Origin: Candidatus Xenobia bacterium
GTDB taxonomy: Bacteria > Vulcanimicrobiota > Xenobia > Xenobiales > QWHO01
Assembly: GCA_045863235.1 (NCBI GenBank)
Contig: BTUM01000034.1
Location: 13,402 to 77,401, forward strand
DNA length: 64,000 bases
Direction of reading: 5' to 3'
Below are positions 35,401 through 43,847 of the stretch, piece by piece. The notes below the pieces were generated by a model. The model had not been told where the DNA came from. It did not search any database and saw only the letters and a list, made by a program, of their open reading frames with translations. The translations under genes were made by a program, and so were the position numbers. Numbering within the stretch: the stretch's first letter is position 1; every line of letters starts with the position of its first letter.

Positions 35401-35798
35401 TGACCGCGCCCTCGCGCGCTGGCGGCCGCCTTCTCGAGCGCGACCAGCGCTTCGGCGGGCTGGCCGAGCGCATCGTGGGTCAAGCCCATCCGGAACTGGA
35501 TCATCTCGACCACGTTGGGCTGGCCGGACTGACCCAGCACGGGCCAGCAGAGCTGGAAGTTGGCCAGCGCGTCCTGGAAGAGCTTCTGGTCGTACTGCAC
35601 CACGGCCATCTGGTAGCGGATCAGGGCCCGGGCGGCGGGTTCGCCCTCGGTGGCCGCCTCGCCCAGCTTGAAAAGGCGCAGACCCTCCTGCCAGTTGCCC
35701 GCCTGCACGGCCTGCATGGCCTCGTCGTAATAGGGGATCCCGGGCTCGGCGGCGGCCCAGCCGATCAGCAGCAAGACCACCAGCAGCACGCGCTTCAT
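32415..35798 (-). CDS. Secreted TPR-repeat CHAT (caspase-like) protease
   Basis: Signal peptide MKRVLLVVLLLIGWAAA; many TPRs (xxNNLG); SERSRAR, VPHGTLHYLPF, HLATHG (His), LSACQTG (Cys), LASLWKV, PFFWAPF. Confidence 0.92.
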   Translation of the reverse strand: MKRVLLVVLLLIGWAAAEPGIPYYDEAMQAVQAGNWQEGLRLFKLGEAATEGEPAARALIRYQMAVVQYDQKLFQDALANFQLCWPVLGQSGQPNVVEMIQFRMGLTHDALGQPAEALVALEKAAASARGRGHLVNLRHALYHCGRVRLQLDDYPGAQRDLDEVLELARQAGDLTQQAQSMEQLAVVYAAGSHPVLMEQCWRQAAELWGQAGNAQRQQKAIQTADGIVELVTRTAADFQARLAQTTEPAARAALLYKLGRCRAYLKQPELACQALLESARLYAASDPVRAAELTVEAAELETDPVRAARLIESVLGVLPGRRLQAANMLVRAGQLERALALCDEGLQQAADPLARARALNDRAIILNRAGRLQESASSLEEALQICPSDDPFLATLHNNLGEACQSQGDYQRARDAYLEAYRLSPRAITLSNLGTVYYNLGDYPRALDCLHRAREQAASERDETQLGVTLSALGLTYQFLGRTVEARELYELSLRSRRRTGDERGEAYTLNNLAASFQEADQAEQARQNFEASLKLARQIHDELLQANLLNNLAALESDDRAALAYLEASLKLSRQLGMADLEASSLDLLAGVQDRLGQPDEALQTSARALERHRELGNRQAEAVSLMLRGELLASRGRALEAVEALEGSIALFEELSVGLTPASKAAFLGRNHRAYQLLIELLLQQGKAEQAFIVSERSRARAFLESLAQGRLPQTSRLPRNLVDQEAALRLALRNHLAGLPGGRPIQEVKRELSAVLDEIRRLSPETASLREVRVPELQAIQAALGPGRVMLEYYVPPEGRARLFILTPQALRAVTLDADAGRLTLLVEAARRQLLQLDQASGPVLGELGTLLLQPASQELAGASEVLVVPHGTLHYLPFQALELGGAPLVEKTAVAQLPSAAAWMLIRARPRSGADGVVLAALGNASVNWGGELGSAHKLVTRADFSPLPGTLAEIRSVEPLYPRRTVLREAEMTGANLSRVVRGARLVHLATHGLLDSRTPLFSGLVATDTLVTVSDIMQWEMQAELTVLSACQTGLGGFQGAGGDEMVGLSRAFQHAGSRSVLASLWKVSDVATAEWMAELHRALAQGHSPAQAARQACLKVRATRPAPFFWAPFVLIGVGD

Positions 35799-35861
35799 CC
35801 GAGGCCCGATTCGGGATGCTGGAGAGGCTCCCTGTCGCAGGCGGTCGAAGTCCATGCGATC

Positions 35862-38468
35862 ATGGCCGACACCTTCGACCCCACTGCTCACGTCTCGGCG
35901 GGCGAATGCGTTCGGGCTTTGAAAGAGCAGGGGATCTCGGTGAGCCACCGGCTGGGAGCGCGCATCTTCTCGCTGGGGGCCCGGCGGGTGCGTTTCTCGC
36001 TGGCTTTTCTGGAGGAAGCGGCCGCGCAGCCGGAGCTCCTCATGGGCGACTTCTGGCGCGACCTGGCCCCGCCCCACCAGCCGCGACGCATCGAGCAGGT
36101 GCTGGAGGGACGAGCCGGCGTGCAGTTGGAGGGGGAGATCGCCCACGTGCTCACCCCCGACGAGCTGGATGCGGGGGCTCCCAGCTCCAGCTCGCTCCTG
36201 CCGGCCGTGCTCGGGCGAGCCGAGCCGGCCCGCATGAGCGGAGTGCTGTGGGATCGACGCCGTCTGGAGGAGGCCGCCCTCACCCTGCTCGACGCCGAGA
36301 GCCCCACCGAGCTGGTGGAGAACTTCCGCTACCTCTTCCGGGCCACCCTGTCCAGCGGCCAGGACCCTTCCGGGCTGCTGGTCACGGCTCTGCGCCGGAG
36401 CAAGCCCGACCTGTCGCGCGAGGTGGGCCACCTGGTACGCGAGCACCTGCACCGCGACCTGGGCCGCGCCCTGGAAACCTTGCAGGAGGAAGACCCTCAG
36501 CGGGTGGCCGACGCCGTGCACTACCTGCTCAATGCTCGCGAGAGCGACGTGCTGCGCGACTCCATCCTGCTGCCGGCGCTGCTGCCCGTGCTGCGAAAGA
36601 GCGAGCAACGCCAGACGCTGTTCGACTCGCTGGAGCGGCTGGGCCAGGTGCTGCAGAGCTCCACCCTCACCCAGCAGGGCCTGGACTCGGCCCTGGAGGC
36701 CTTCCTGGAGTATCTGCTCGATGACCTGCCGCAGCTCGACTCCGAGCCCCGGGCTTCCCTGACCACCTTCCTGGTGGCCCTGGCCAGCGGCTATCCCGAG
36801 CTGCCCGGCTATCTCCTGCGCCGCCTGGAATCGACAGTCGACCCGGGGCTTCACGTCTTCTACGCCCACGTGCTGACCCGGGTCGAGCTGACCTCGCGCG
36901 AGCGTTCCCGCCTGCTCGAGCGCATGCAGGCCACCCTGCTCGAGCACGGCCGCGAGAGCGCAATGCTCGAGAACCTGAAGCTCATCTTCGCCCGCCTGGG
37001 AGAGGAAAGCCTGGAGGATCTCTCCTCCCCGGCCGTGGTGGCCCGCATGTCCCCTCCTCTGCGCATCTTCCTGGTGCAGCTGTGGCATCACTTCCAGCCC
37101 CCCGACGTGGCCCCCCTGGCCGAGCTGGCCGCCCTGCACCTGCGCGATCGCAGCCTGCTGCTGGCCCTGGTGCGCACCCGCCAGCTGCTCCTGCCTCAAG
37201 TGGTCGAGCGCATTCTGGCCATGCCCGACCGCAGCGCCATCGTCCTCTACCTTCTGCAGGAGGCCTTCCGCATGGAAGAGCCCGACGACGCGGTGGTGCT
37301 CGAGCTGCTGGCCCACTACGCCCTGGAGGCCCTGGAGCCCGCCTTCGCACGCCTGGCGGAGGAAGCGGCTCTCAAGTCGGGAGCGGCGGCCACGCGTCTG
37401 CTGCTGTTCGGCTCGCTGGCCCGGCGCGTGCAGGGGGTCGAGAAGGCGCGCTTGCGCGAGATGGTGCGCCAGCTGCTGGAGTTTCCCATCTTCACGCCCG
37501 AGAGCCTGCCCGCCGTCTGGCTGGGCCTGGGCCAGGTGGGCGCCATCCGAGCCCTGGATGAGCGCCTGCGCAAGCAGATCATCGAGCGGCTGGGGGGGCA
37601 GCTGTCGCCCTACCCGGCGGTACGGGTGCAGGCCTTGCTGGCCCTCTACCCGGCCGCTTCCGAGGCCAGCCAGCGCCTGGTGGAGGGAACTCTGCGCGCC
37701 CCGCTCGGGGGGTCGGAGCCGGCCCGCGAGATCTTGAGCGCCTGCCTGGCCGGCCTGGAAGAGCTCTCTGCTTCAGCCCACTTCCCCCACGAGGCCGAGG
37801 AGCTGGTGGGGATGCTGTGCCGCACGGTTCTCTGGAAGGGTCGCGAGCAGAGCCTGGAAAGCGTGATGCGCCAGGCCCTGAGCTACGCCTCCAGCGGCGA
37901 CGGCGTGCGAGTGCCCACCGCCTGGAGCCGGGAGGATCGGGAAGCCGCCCTGCGCATTCTGGGCGCGCTGGCCCGCCACCCGGCCGGCCCCGAGCGACTG
38001 CAGTCGCTGGTGGTGGTGCGACTGTTCTCTTTTCTGCAAGACTGGCTGGACGCGGTGGAGAAGGGCAGCGACCTCTACGCCCACCGAGATACGCCGCTGT
38101 GGGAGATCCTGGCCCTGGTGCTGCGCCAGCGCCCCGACCCGCGCAGCCACGAGCTCTCGCGCGAGGCCGCCCGGCAGCTTCTGGAAGCCCACCGCAACGT
38201 GCCCGGCCAGGTGGCCCTGGATCGGCGCGAGAACGCCCAGCGATTCCTGATCGAGGTGATGCTGGCGGGGCAGGGAGAAGACCTGGCCGTGCGCGGGCGC
38301 TCGCTCAACCTGGCCCGCTCGATTCTGGACACCCTGGCCGACCTGGCTCTGCGCGACACCCCCGAAGCAGCCCTGTCTCTTTACCTGCTGCGTGACCTGG
38401 AGCGATCCGAACGCCTGGAGCCTGGCCTGCAAGCCAGGCTGCGCGGCTTTCTGGCCAACCGGGCCTGA
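35862..38468 (+). CDS. Large Leu-rich alpha-solenoid (HEAT/ARM-like) hypothetical protein
   Basis: 868-aa ORF, Leu/Arg/Glu-rich amphipathic helices; no catalytic motif seen. Confidence 0.72.
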   Translation: MADTFDPTAHVSAGECVRALKEQGISVSHRLGARIFSLGARRVRFSLAFLEEAAAQPELLMGDFWRDLAPPHQPRRIEQVLEGRAGVQLEGEIAHVLTPDELDAGAPSSSSLLPAVLGRAEPARMSGVLWDRRRLEEAALTLLDAESPTELVENFRYLFRATLSSGQDPSGLLVTALRRSKPDLSREVGHLVREHLHRDLGRALETLQEEDPQRVADAVHYLLNARESDVLRDSILLPALLPVLRKSEQRQTLFDSLERLGQVLQSSTLTQQGLDSALEAFLEYLLDDLPQLDSEPRASLTTFLVALASGYPELPGYLLRRLESTVDPGLHVFYAHVLTRVELTSRERSRLLERMQATLLEHGRESAMLENLKLIFARLGEESLEDLSSPAVVARMSPPLRIFLVQLWHHFQPPDVAPLAELAALHLRDRSLLLALVRTRQLLLPQVVERILAMPDRSAIVLYLLQEAFRMEEPDDAVVLELLAHYALEALEPAFARLAEEAALKSGAAATRLLLFGSLARRVQGVEKARLREMVRQLLEFPIFTPESLPAVWLGLGQVGAIRALDERLRKQIIERLGGQLSPYPAVRVQALLALYPAASEASQRLVEGTLRAPLGGSEPAREILSACLAGLEELSASAHFPHEAEELVGMLCRTVLWKGREQSLESVMRQALSYASSGDGVRVPTAWSREDREAALRILGALARHPAGPERLQSLVVVRLFSFLQDWLDAVEKGSDLYAHRDTPLWEILALVLRQRPDPRSHELSREAARQLLEAHRNVPGQVALDRRENAQRFLIEVMLAGQGEDLAVRGRSLNLARSILDTLADLALRDTPEAALSLYLLRDLERSERLEPGLQARLRGFLANRA

Positions 38469-38509
38469 AAAGACGAACGCCCCCCGACCGATGGCCGAGA
38501 GGCGCCTTC
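38467..38509 (-). terminator. Terminator downstream of the tRNA-like ncRNA
   Basis: Minus strand GGCGCCTCTCGGCC-ATC-GGTCGGGGGGCGTT (G-U-rich stem) followed by CGTCTTTT. Confidence 0.65.
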
Positions 38510-38510
38510 T

Positions 38511-38641
38511 GCGCGCAAGTTTCCGGTGCATTTTTTCGCGCTCTGCCACTGAGCTACAAGGGCATTTCGGTGCCCCTGACGGGATTCGAACCCGCGACCT
38601 CGTCCGCCTGAAGGATGTATGCCCCGTGGGTTGGGGCGCGC
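38511..38641 (-). ncRNA. Permuted tRNA-mimic RNA, Y RNA (YrlA)-like
   Basis: Minus-strand order is T-arm GCGGG-TTCGAAT-CCCGT, acceptor 3' strand CAGGGGCA, loop CCGAAA, acceptor 5' strand TGCCCTTG, TA, D-arm GCTC-AGTGGCA-GAGC. Flanks pair (CGGGGCAT/ATGCACCG; GCGCG..CAA/TTGCGCGC). TG-c-TATGCT extended -10 at 38651-38659. Confidence 0.72.
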
Positions 38642-38716
38642 TGTAGCAAGAGCATAGCACCCTCCGAGCGGGGAGAAAAGGGAAAACTTCACAGACAGGA
38701 GGAAAAGCCTTCCGCA

Positions 38717-39148
38717 ATGAGGACCGAAGCACACTTGCTAGAGGTCGTGGCCGAGTTGCAGGAAGCTGGGATTCCACCAGGCGAGGCCTATGTTGCCGAG
38801 GCGGTGAGTCGTTGTCAGGCCAAGCGGGGTTGCCTGCTCCGGCTCTGCGAGCAATCCGGAAGACTCGAGTGGCTGGCCGGATTCGAACTCACGGAGTCGA
38901 GCCGATTTGACTACTCCCTGGCCGAGTATGAGCCCAGCTCACCTCCCGGCTACAGTCCCCCCGGGCGCTGTCCGAGCCTGCTCTCCACGCTCGAAAGAGC
39001 CAGAGCGTCGGGGACCGCCCTGAAATCGATAGCAACCAGCCAGGAAGTCCTGGCACCGGTCTACCTGGCATCAGTCATCCTGCCCCCTCTGTTCGTTTTT
39101 TTGGCCGCTCCCGTGTCGGATTGGGGAATGCTCTACATCGAGTTCTGA
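38717..39148 (+). CDS. Hypothetical protein (weakly GAF-like)
   Basis: AGGAGG upstream of ATG 38717; ends at the bidirectional terminator; ...FLAAPV...GMLYIEF resembles GAF C-terminal strands. Confidence 0.5.
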   Translation: MRTEAHLLEVVAELQEAGIPPGEAYVAEAVSRCQAKRGCLLRLCEQSGRLEWLAGFELTESSRFDYSLAEYEPSSPPGYSPPGRCPSLLSTLERARASGTALKSIATSQEVLAPVYLASVILPPLFVFLAAPVSDWGMLYIEF

Positions 39149-39152
39149 GAAC

Positions 39153-39188
39153 AAAATAGAGAAACCCGTTTGTTCAACGGGTTTCTGT
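39153..39188. terminator. Bidirectional terminator
   Basis: AGAAACCCGTT-tgttc-AACGGGTTTCT between the convergent ORF and tRNA, with A/T-rich flanks. Confidence 0.8.
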
Positions 39189-39265
<77 letters not shown>

Positions 39266-39286
39266 ATATTTGTCTTCCAGGACGTC

Positions 39287-39315
39287 ATTATAGCCAGGGG
39301 CCTGAAGGCTGTCAA
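39287..39315 (-). promoter_or_regulatory. Consensus sigma70 promoter of tRNA-fMet
   Basis: Minus strand TTGACA, 17 bp, TATAAT. Confidence 0.9.
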
Positions 39316-39473
39316 CCCCTCCGGGGGTGCTGCCGCCTCGCTTCAGAAGGAGCCTTCCAACCGGCTGTCCGGCAATGGCCCGGCGGGTCGTCGAAGCACC
39401 CCGCGATGGCCGATCTTCTGGGATTCCCTCCCCGAGGAAGGGAATCCGTCCCTGGCCGCGCACTCGCTTGCTG

Positions 39474-40247
39474 GTGAAAAGACTTCCACTCAACATCGGC
39501 CATCGGGGGGCGTGCGGGGAGGCGCCCGAGAACACGATGGCCAGTTTCCAGATGGCCATCACGCACGGAGCCGAGATGGTCGAGCTGGACGTGCGCCTGA
39601 CCCGCGACGGAGTGCCCGTGGTCATCCACGACTACTCGCTGGGGCGCACCACCAGCGGACGCGGTCTGGTCGGCCTGTCGACCTGGAAGAAGCTCCAAAC
39701 CCTGGACGCGGGAGCCTGGTTCGACGGCCGGTTCCGCGGCGAGCGTCTGCTCGAGCTCGGAGACTGCCTGCAGACCGTGACTCCCCGGCTGCCGGTGAAC
39801 GTCGAGCTGAAGTGCTTCTTCGGCCGCCCCGACCGGCTGGTGCGGGCCTGCGCCGAGGCGATCCGGGCCAGCCATTGCCAGCGCAGAGTGCTGGTCACCT
39901 CGTTCAACCATCGCGCCGTGGAGCTGTTCCATCAGCAGATGCCCGAGGTGGCCCTGGGTCGGCTGTTCCACCCTCTCTTGAATGGCCGCCCCCGTCCCCG
40001 CGACTTCGACTGGCTGCAGCAGGGAGAGCGTTGGGAGAACGAGCTGGCCTGGACCGGAAGGGCCCTGGTGGTAGACCTGTCGCTGGCCGACCGCAAGCTG
40101 ACCGAGCAGGTCCACCAGCGCGGGGGCGCGGTGCTCGTTTACACCGTCAATGAGGAAAAGGATATGCGGCGACTGATCGAGTGTGAGGTGGACGGGCTGA
40201 TCACCAACTTCCCGGCCCGCTACGCCAGCCTGCTGACCCGCCTGTGA
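39474..40247 (+). CDS. Glycerophosphodiester phosphodiesterase
   Basis: IGHRGA..APENT, VELDV, VIHD, NVELK, YTVN, DGLITNFP; start estimated at GTG 39474. Confidence 0.92.
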   Translation: MKRLPLNIGHRGACGEAPENTMASFQMAITHGAEMVELDVRLTRDGVPVVIHDYSLGRTTSGRGLVGLSTWKKLQTLDAGAWFDGRFRGERLLELGDCLQTVTPRLPVNVELKCFFGRPDRLVRACAEAIRASHCQRRVLVTSFNHRAVELFHQQMPEVALGRLFHPLLNGRPRPRDFDWLQQGERWENELAWTGRALVVDLSLADRKLTEQVHQRGGAVLVYTVNEEKDMRRLIECEVDGLITNFPARYASLLTRL

Positions 40248-42364
40248 AGATCCGGCCCGGGCAGCATTACACACTGGGAGCCAGTTGGGACGGCCAGGGG
40301 GTGAACTTCGCCGTTTACTCCGAGAACGCCACCCGCATCGAGCTGTGCCTGTTCGACTCCAAGGAGGACGAGCGCGAGTCGCAACGCCTGGTGCTGCCTG
40401 AGTACGACGACCACGTCTGGCACGGCTACGTCAGCGGCATCCGCCCCGGTCAACTCTACGGATACCGAGCCTACGGACCCTATAAACCCCAGCTAGGACA
40501 CCGCTTCAACCCCTGCAAGCTGCTCGTCGACCCCTATACCCGGGCCGTCGTGCGCTCCAAGAACCGCTGGCACGACGAGATGTTCGGCTACAAGGTGGGT
40601 CACCCCAAGGCCGATCTCTCGCTCGACACCCGCGACAATGCGGCTCTGGCGCCGCTGTCGGTGGTGGTGGAGCCGGCCTTCTCCTGGGGCGACGACCGCC
40701 CTCCCCGGACTCCCTGGAACCAGACCGTCATCTACGAGCTGCACGTGCGCGGCATGACCCGTCTGCACGCCCTGGTACCGGAAGCTTTGCGGGGAACTTA
40801 TGCCGGACTTGCCTCCGATCCGGTCCTCGAGCACCTGAAAGAGCTGGGTGTGACGGCCGTGGAGCTGATGCCGGTGCACTACCCGGCTTACGAGCGCCAC
40901 CTGACCGAGAAAGGCTTGCGCAACTACTGGGCTTATAACACGCTGGCCTTCTTCGCTCCCAATCCGGAGTATGCCATCAACCACTCGCCCCAGGACGTGC
41001 TGCGCGAGTTCAAGTCGATGGTGGCCCGCTTTCACTCGGCTGGCATCGAGGTCATCCTGGACGTGGTCTACAATCACACCGGAGAGGGTAACCACCTGGG
41101 TCCCACCGCCTGTTTGCGTGGGCTGGACAATGCCAGCTACTATCGCCTGCTCGCGGACAACCCCCGCTACTACCTCGACTTCACCGGCTGCGGCAACACC
41201 CTCAACACGACCAATCCCCGCGTCCTTCAGCTGATCATGGATAGCCTGCGCTACTGGGTGCAGGAGATGCGCATCGACGGCTTTCGCTTCGACCTGGCCA
41301 GCTCGCTGGCTCGTGAGAGCTACGAGGTGGACCGACTGGGCGCGTTCTTCGATATCATCCAACAAGACCCGGTGCTCAACCGAATCAAGCTGATCGCCGA
41401 GCCCTGGGACCTGGGCGAAGGCGGCTACCAGGTGGGCAACTTCCCCGTGCTGTGGAAGGAGTGGAACGGCCAGTACCGCGATACGGTGCGTCGCTTCTGG
41501 AAGGGGGATTCCGGCCAGGCCCCGGCCCTGGCCTCGCGCCTGTGCGGCTCGAGCGACCTCTACCAGGAGGGGGGACGGCGACCTCAGGCCAGCATCAACT
41601 TCATCACCTGCCACGACGGCTTCACGCTGCACGACCTGGTCAGCTACAACGAGAAGCACAACCTGGCCAACGGCGAGCAGAACCGCGACGGTGAGAGCCA
41701 CAACAACAGCTGGAACTGTGGCCACGAGGGCCCCAGCGACGACCCGGAGATTCGCGCCCTGCGCGAGCGCCAGAAGCGCAACCTGCTGGCCACCCTCTTC
41801 CTGTCGCAGGGGGTGCCCATGCTGTGCGCCGGAGACGAGATGGGGCGTACCCAGCGAGGCAACAACAACGCCTATTGCCAGGACAACCCCATCAGCTGGC
41901 TGAGCTGGGAACTGGATGAGGAGCAGACCGCGCTGCTCCGCTTCACCCGCCGCCTGATCGCCCTGCGCCGCACCCAGCCGCTCTTGCGGCGACGCCGATT
42001 CTTCCCCCCCCGCCCGCCCCGGGGCCAGCTCCGCAACATCGTGTGGTATGAGCCCAGGGGCAGCGAGATGACTGACAAAGCCTGGAACCAGGACTTTGTG
42101 CGCTGTCTTGGAGTCTGGGTGTCGGGTCGCCCTCAGGATGAGATCGACGAGCAGGGCGATCCGGTTGTGGGCGACCACCTGTTGCTCTTGCTCAACGCCC
42201 ACTGCGATCCCATCGAGTTTCGCCTGGCCAGCCCTCAGCTGGTGCCGAGTTGGACCCTGTTGCTGGACACAGCCCGGCCCGAGGAGCCAGCCCACAAGTA
42301 TCGCTCGGGGGCGCGCTACCCGCTGCAGGGGCGCTCGGTGGTGGTGCTCGGAGCTCCTTCGTAA
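40244..42364 (+). CDS. glgX: Glycogen debranching enzyme
   Basis: GVNFAVYS, IYELHVRG, DVVYNH, DGFRFDLA, IAEPWD, CHDGFTL, GNNNAYCQDN. Confidence 0.97.
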   Translation: MKIRPGQHYTLGASWDGQGVNFAVYSENATRIELCLFDSKEDERESQRLVLPEYDDHVWHGYVSGIRPGQLYGYRAYGPYKPQLGHRFNPCKLLVDPYTRAVVRSKNRWHDEMFGYKVGHPKADLSLDTRDNAALAPLSVVVEPAFSWGDDRPPRTPWNQTVIYELHVRGMTRLHALVPEALRGTYAGLASDPVLEHLKELGVTAVELMPVHYPAYERHLTEKGLRNYWAYNTLAFFAPNPEYAINHSPQDVLREFKSMVARFHSAGIEVILDVVYNHTGEGNHLGPTACLRGLDNASYYRLLADNPRYYLDFTGCGNTLNTTNPRVLQLIMDSLRYWVQEMRIDGFRFDLASSLARESYEVDRLGAFFDIIQQDPVLNRIKLIAEPWDLGEGGYQVGNFPVLWKEWNGQYRDTVRRFWKGDSGQAPALASRLCGSSDLYQEGGRRPQASINFITCHDGFTLHDLVSYNEKHNLANGEQNRDGESHNNSWNCGHEGPSDDPEIRALRERQKRNLLATLFLSQGVPMLCAGDEMGRTQRGNNNAYCQDNPISWLSWELDEEQTALLRFTRRLIALRRTQPLLRRRRFFPPRPPRGQLRNIVWYEPRGSEMTDKAWNQDFVRCLGVWVSGRPQDEIDEQGDPVVGDHLLLLLNAHCDPIEFRLASPQLVPSWTLLLDTARPEEPAHKYRSGARYPLQGRSVVVLGAPS

Positions 42365-42479
42365 CCCTCTGGTCGGGTCGCCCTTCCGCGACTCAAGGTG
42401 ACCAGTCTTCGATTTTTGGTAACTTTTCAGACACATCCGATAGTATGACCCCGCGGAGAGAAAATCGGAGGGCAAGGCG

Positions 42480-42956
42480 ATGGGCGGAACGGTTCTCAAT
42501 CTCAACCAGTTTCAGCGGGCCACGAACATCATCAGCGTGGTCGACAAAATGCGATCGCGAGTCCTCAACCTCGACAATGTGGACGGAGTCGACGTGGATA
42601 GTGATCGTCGAGGCCAGCACGTCGACAATCACGTCGTGTTGAACGGATACGACGGATTGAGGGGCTATGCCACCAACATCCCCGGCGCGGAAAACCGCAT
42701 GAACATCACGCGGAAGGCCGAAGGCTCCTACCCGGAAGTCCATTACATCGTGGACCACAACTCGCCGGGCACGTCGTCTTACCTGCTGGGAATCGGCGGG
42801 GCCGAGCAGTGGCTGACGGTGAATCACAAAGAGGGGACGATCACGCTGGAGGACCCGGTCGGCCATGTGGGCGGTTGCCTGAATGCGACCCTGTCGGCCG
42901 ACGACCCGCGCGTGGCCACCTTCGAAAGCCATCTGGCGGCACTGGCCCGCGGATAG
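42480..42956 (+). CDS. Hypothetical protein
   Basis: GGAGG RBS; 158 aa, beta-rich composition. Confidence 0.6.
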   Translation: MGGTVLNLNQFQRATNIISVVDKMRSRVLNLDNVDGVDVDSDRRGQHVDNHVVLNGYDGLRGYATNIPGAENRMNITRKAEGSYPEVHYIVDHNSPGTSSYLLGIGGAEQWLTVNHKEGTITLEDPVGHVGGCLNATLSADDPRVATFESHLAALARG

Positions 42957-43251
42957 GGCTCCCTCCGCGTTCGCAAGGAATCACGGTCCACAGGGAAAAT
43001 CGACTACGCGGAGATTCTAACAACTCGAACACGAGTTCAGTTCCCACTCACGGGCAGTTGAGCTTACCCCATCTAAGACGAAATGCTCCACATAAATCGT
43101 GGACGAGTGCTTTAATCGTTTAGCATTAACGTCCAGGCCCGACTCGAGGGGTGGCACCGTGGCACCGACCCGGGGCCCTCATCTCTGCCAGGCAAAGGTG
43201 ATTTCGGGCCCCGGGCCGGCGCCACCGCAGAGGCGCCTGGTTTCAGGCCAG

Positions 43252-43770
43252 TTAGCTGGCCGCGCTCATGTGGGCTTCCACGTCGGCATCGCCGAACGCC
43301 TCACGCAGCTTGACTTCCTGCTCGCGCGAGAGGTTGGTGCGCAGCACGCGGGGGTTCCACTGCTTGATCTCCTCGACCACGCGGTCGGTGGTGGCCTGAA
43401 GCACCAGCAGGAAGAGGGCTGACTGGCCCGGCTGGATGGTGGAGGCGACCTCCTTGATGAAATCGTCGTCCACGCCGTAGTCGGCCATCGAGCCCGAGAG
43501 GGCGCCGAGCAAGGTGCCCAGGGCCATCCCCATGAAGGGCATCCAGAACAGGATTCCCGCCAGCAAGCCCCAGAATGCGCCACCCAGCGCGCCTTCGGCG
43601 GTCAGGTCGACCACCTGCTTGATCTTCACCTTGCCATCTGCCTGGCGCACCGCCACGGCGGCGTCGGCCAGCTTGATCAGCTGCTCTTTCTGCAGTGAAA
43701 TCAGCTTGTCACGGACTTCGAACGCGGCCTTGTCATTGTCGAAGGCCAGCACGATCAACTCGGTCATCAT
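43252..43770 (-). CDS. DUF1269 family membrane protein
   Basis: LIVLAFD...DAAVAVRQADGKVKIKQ, glycine-zipper TM, DYGVDDDF, PGQSALFLL, LRTNLS; AAGGAG RBS. Confidence 0.88.
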   Translation of the reverse strand: MMTELIVLAFDNDKAAFEVRDKLISLQKEQLIKLADAAVAVRQADGKVKIKQVVDLTAEGALGGAFWGLLAGILFWMPFMGMALGTLLGALSGSMADYGVDDDFIKEVASTIQPGQSALFLLVLQATTDRVVEEIKQWNPRVLRTNLSREQEVKLREAFGDADVEAHMSAAS

Positions 43771-43847
43771 CGGGCTCCTTTACTCGCAAAGTGGCGGCAT
43801 CTTCCCGTAAACCCGGCCGGATTCCCCCATATCTGGTAGAATGAGTT

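Noticed and set aside
35799..37316. N-terminal 500 aa of the 1633-aa track ORF as part of the CHAT protein
   Set aside because: It is the antisense shadow of the 35862 gene; the signal peptide marks ATG 35798 as the real start.
35862..38468. Ro60/TROVE ortholog next to the Y-like RNA
   Set aside because: No vWA MIDAS (DxSxS) domain or TROVE motifs are visible, and it is longer than typical Ro60; kept only as a speculative partner.
38571..38601. att-site duplicate of the tRNA-fMet 3' end (21/24 nt match over the T-arm region), implying an integrated element
   Set aside because: The acceptor strand differs from tRNA-fMet and pairs with its own downstream 5' half, two of the differences are compensatory, and no integrase is present.
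38511..38641. Functional permuted tRNA or two-piece tmRNA
   Set aside because: No anticodon stem can be formed beyond 2 bp. A full D-arm is present, and there is no tag ORF and no G3:U70 pair as tmRNA would need.
42418..42445. Sigma28 promoter (TCCGATAG) upstream of ORF 42480
   Set aside because: No TAAA -35 element at the correct spacing.
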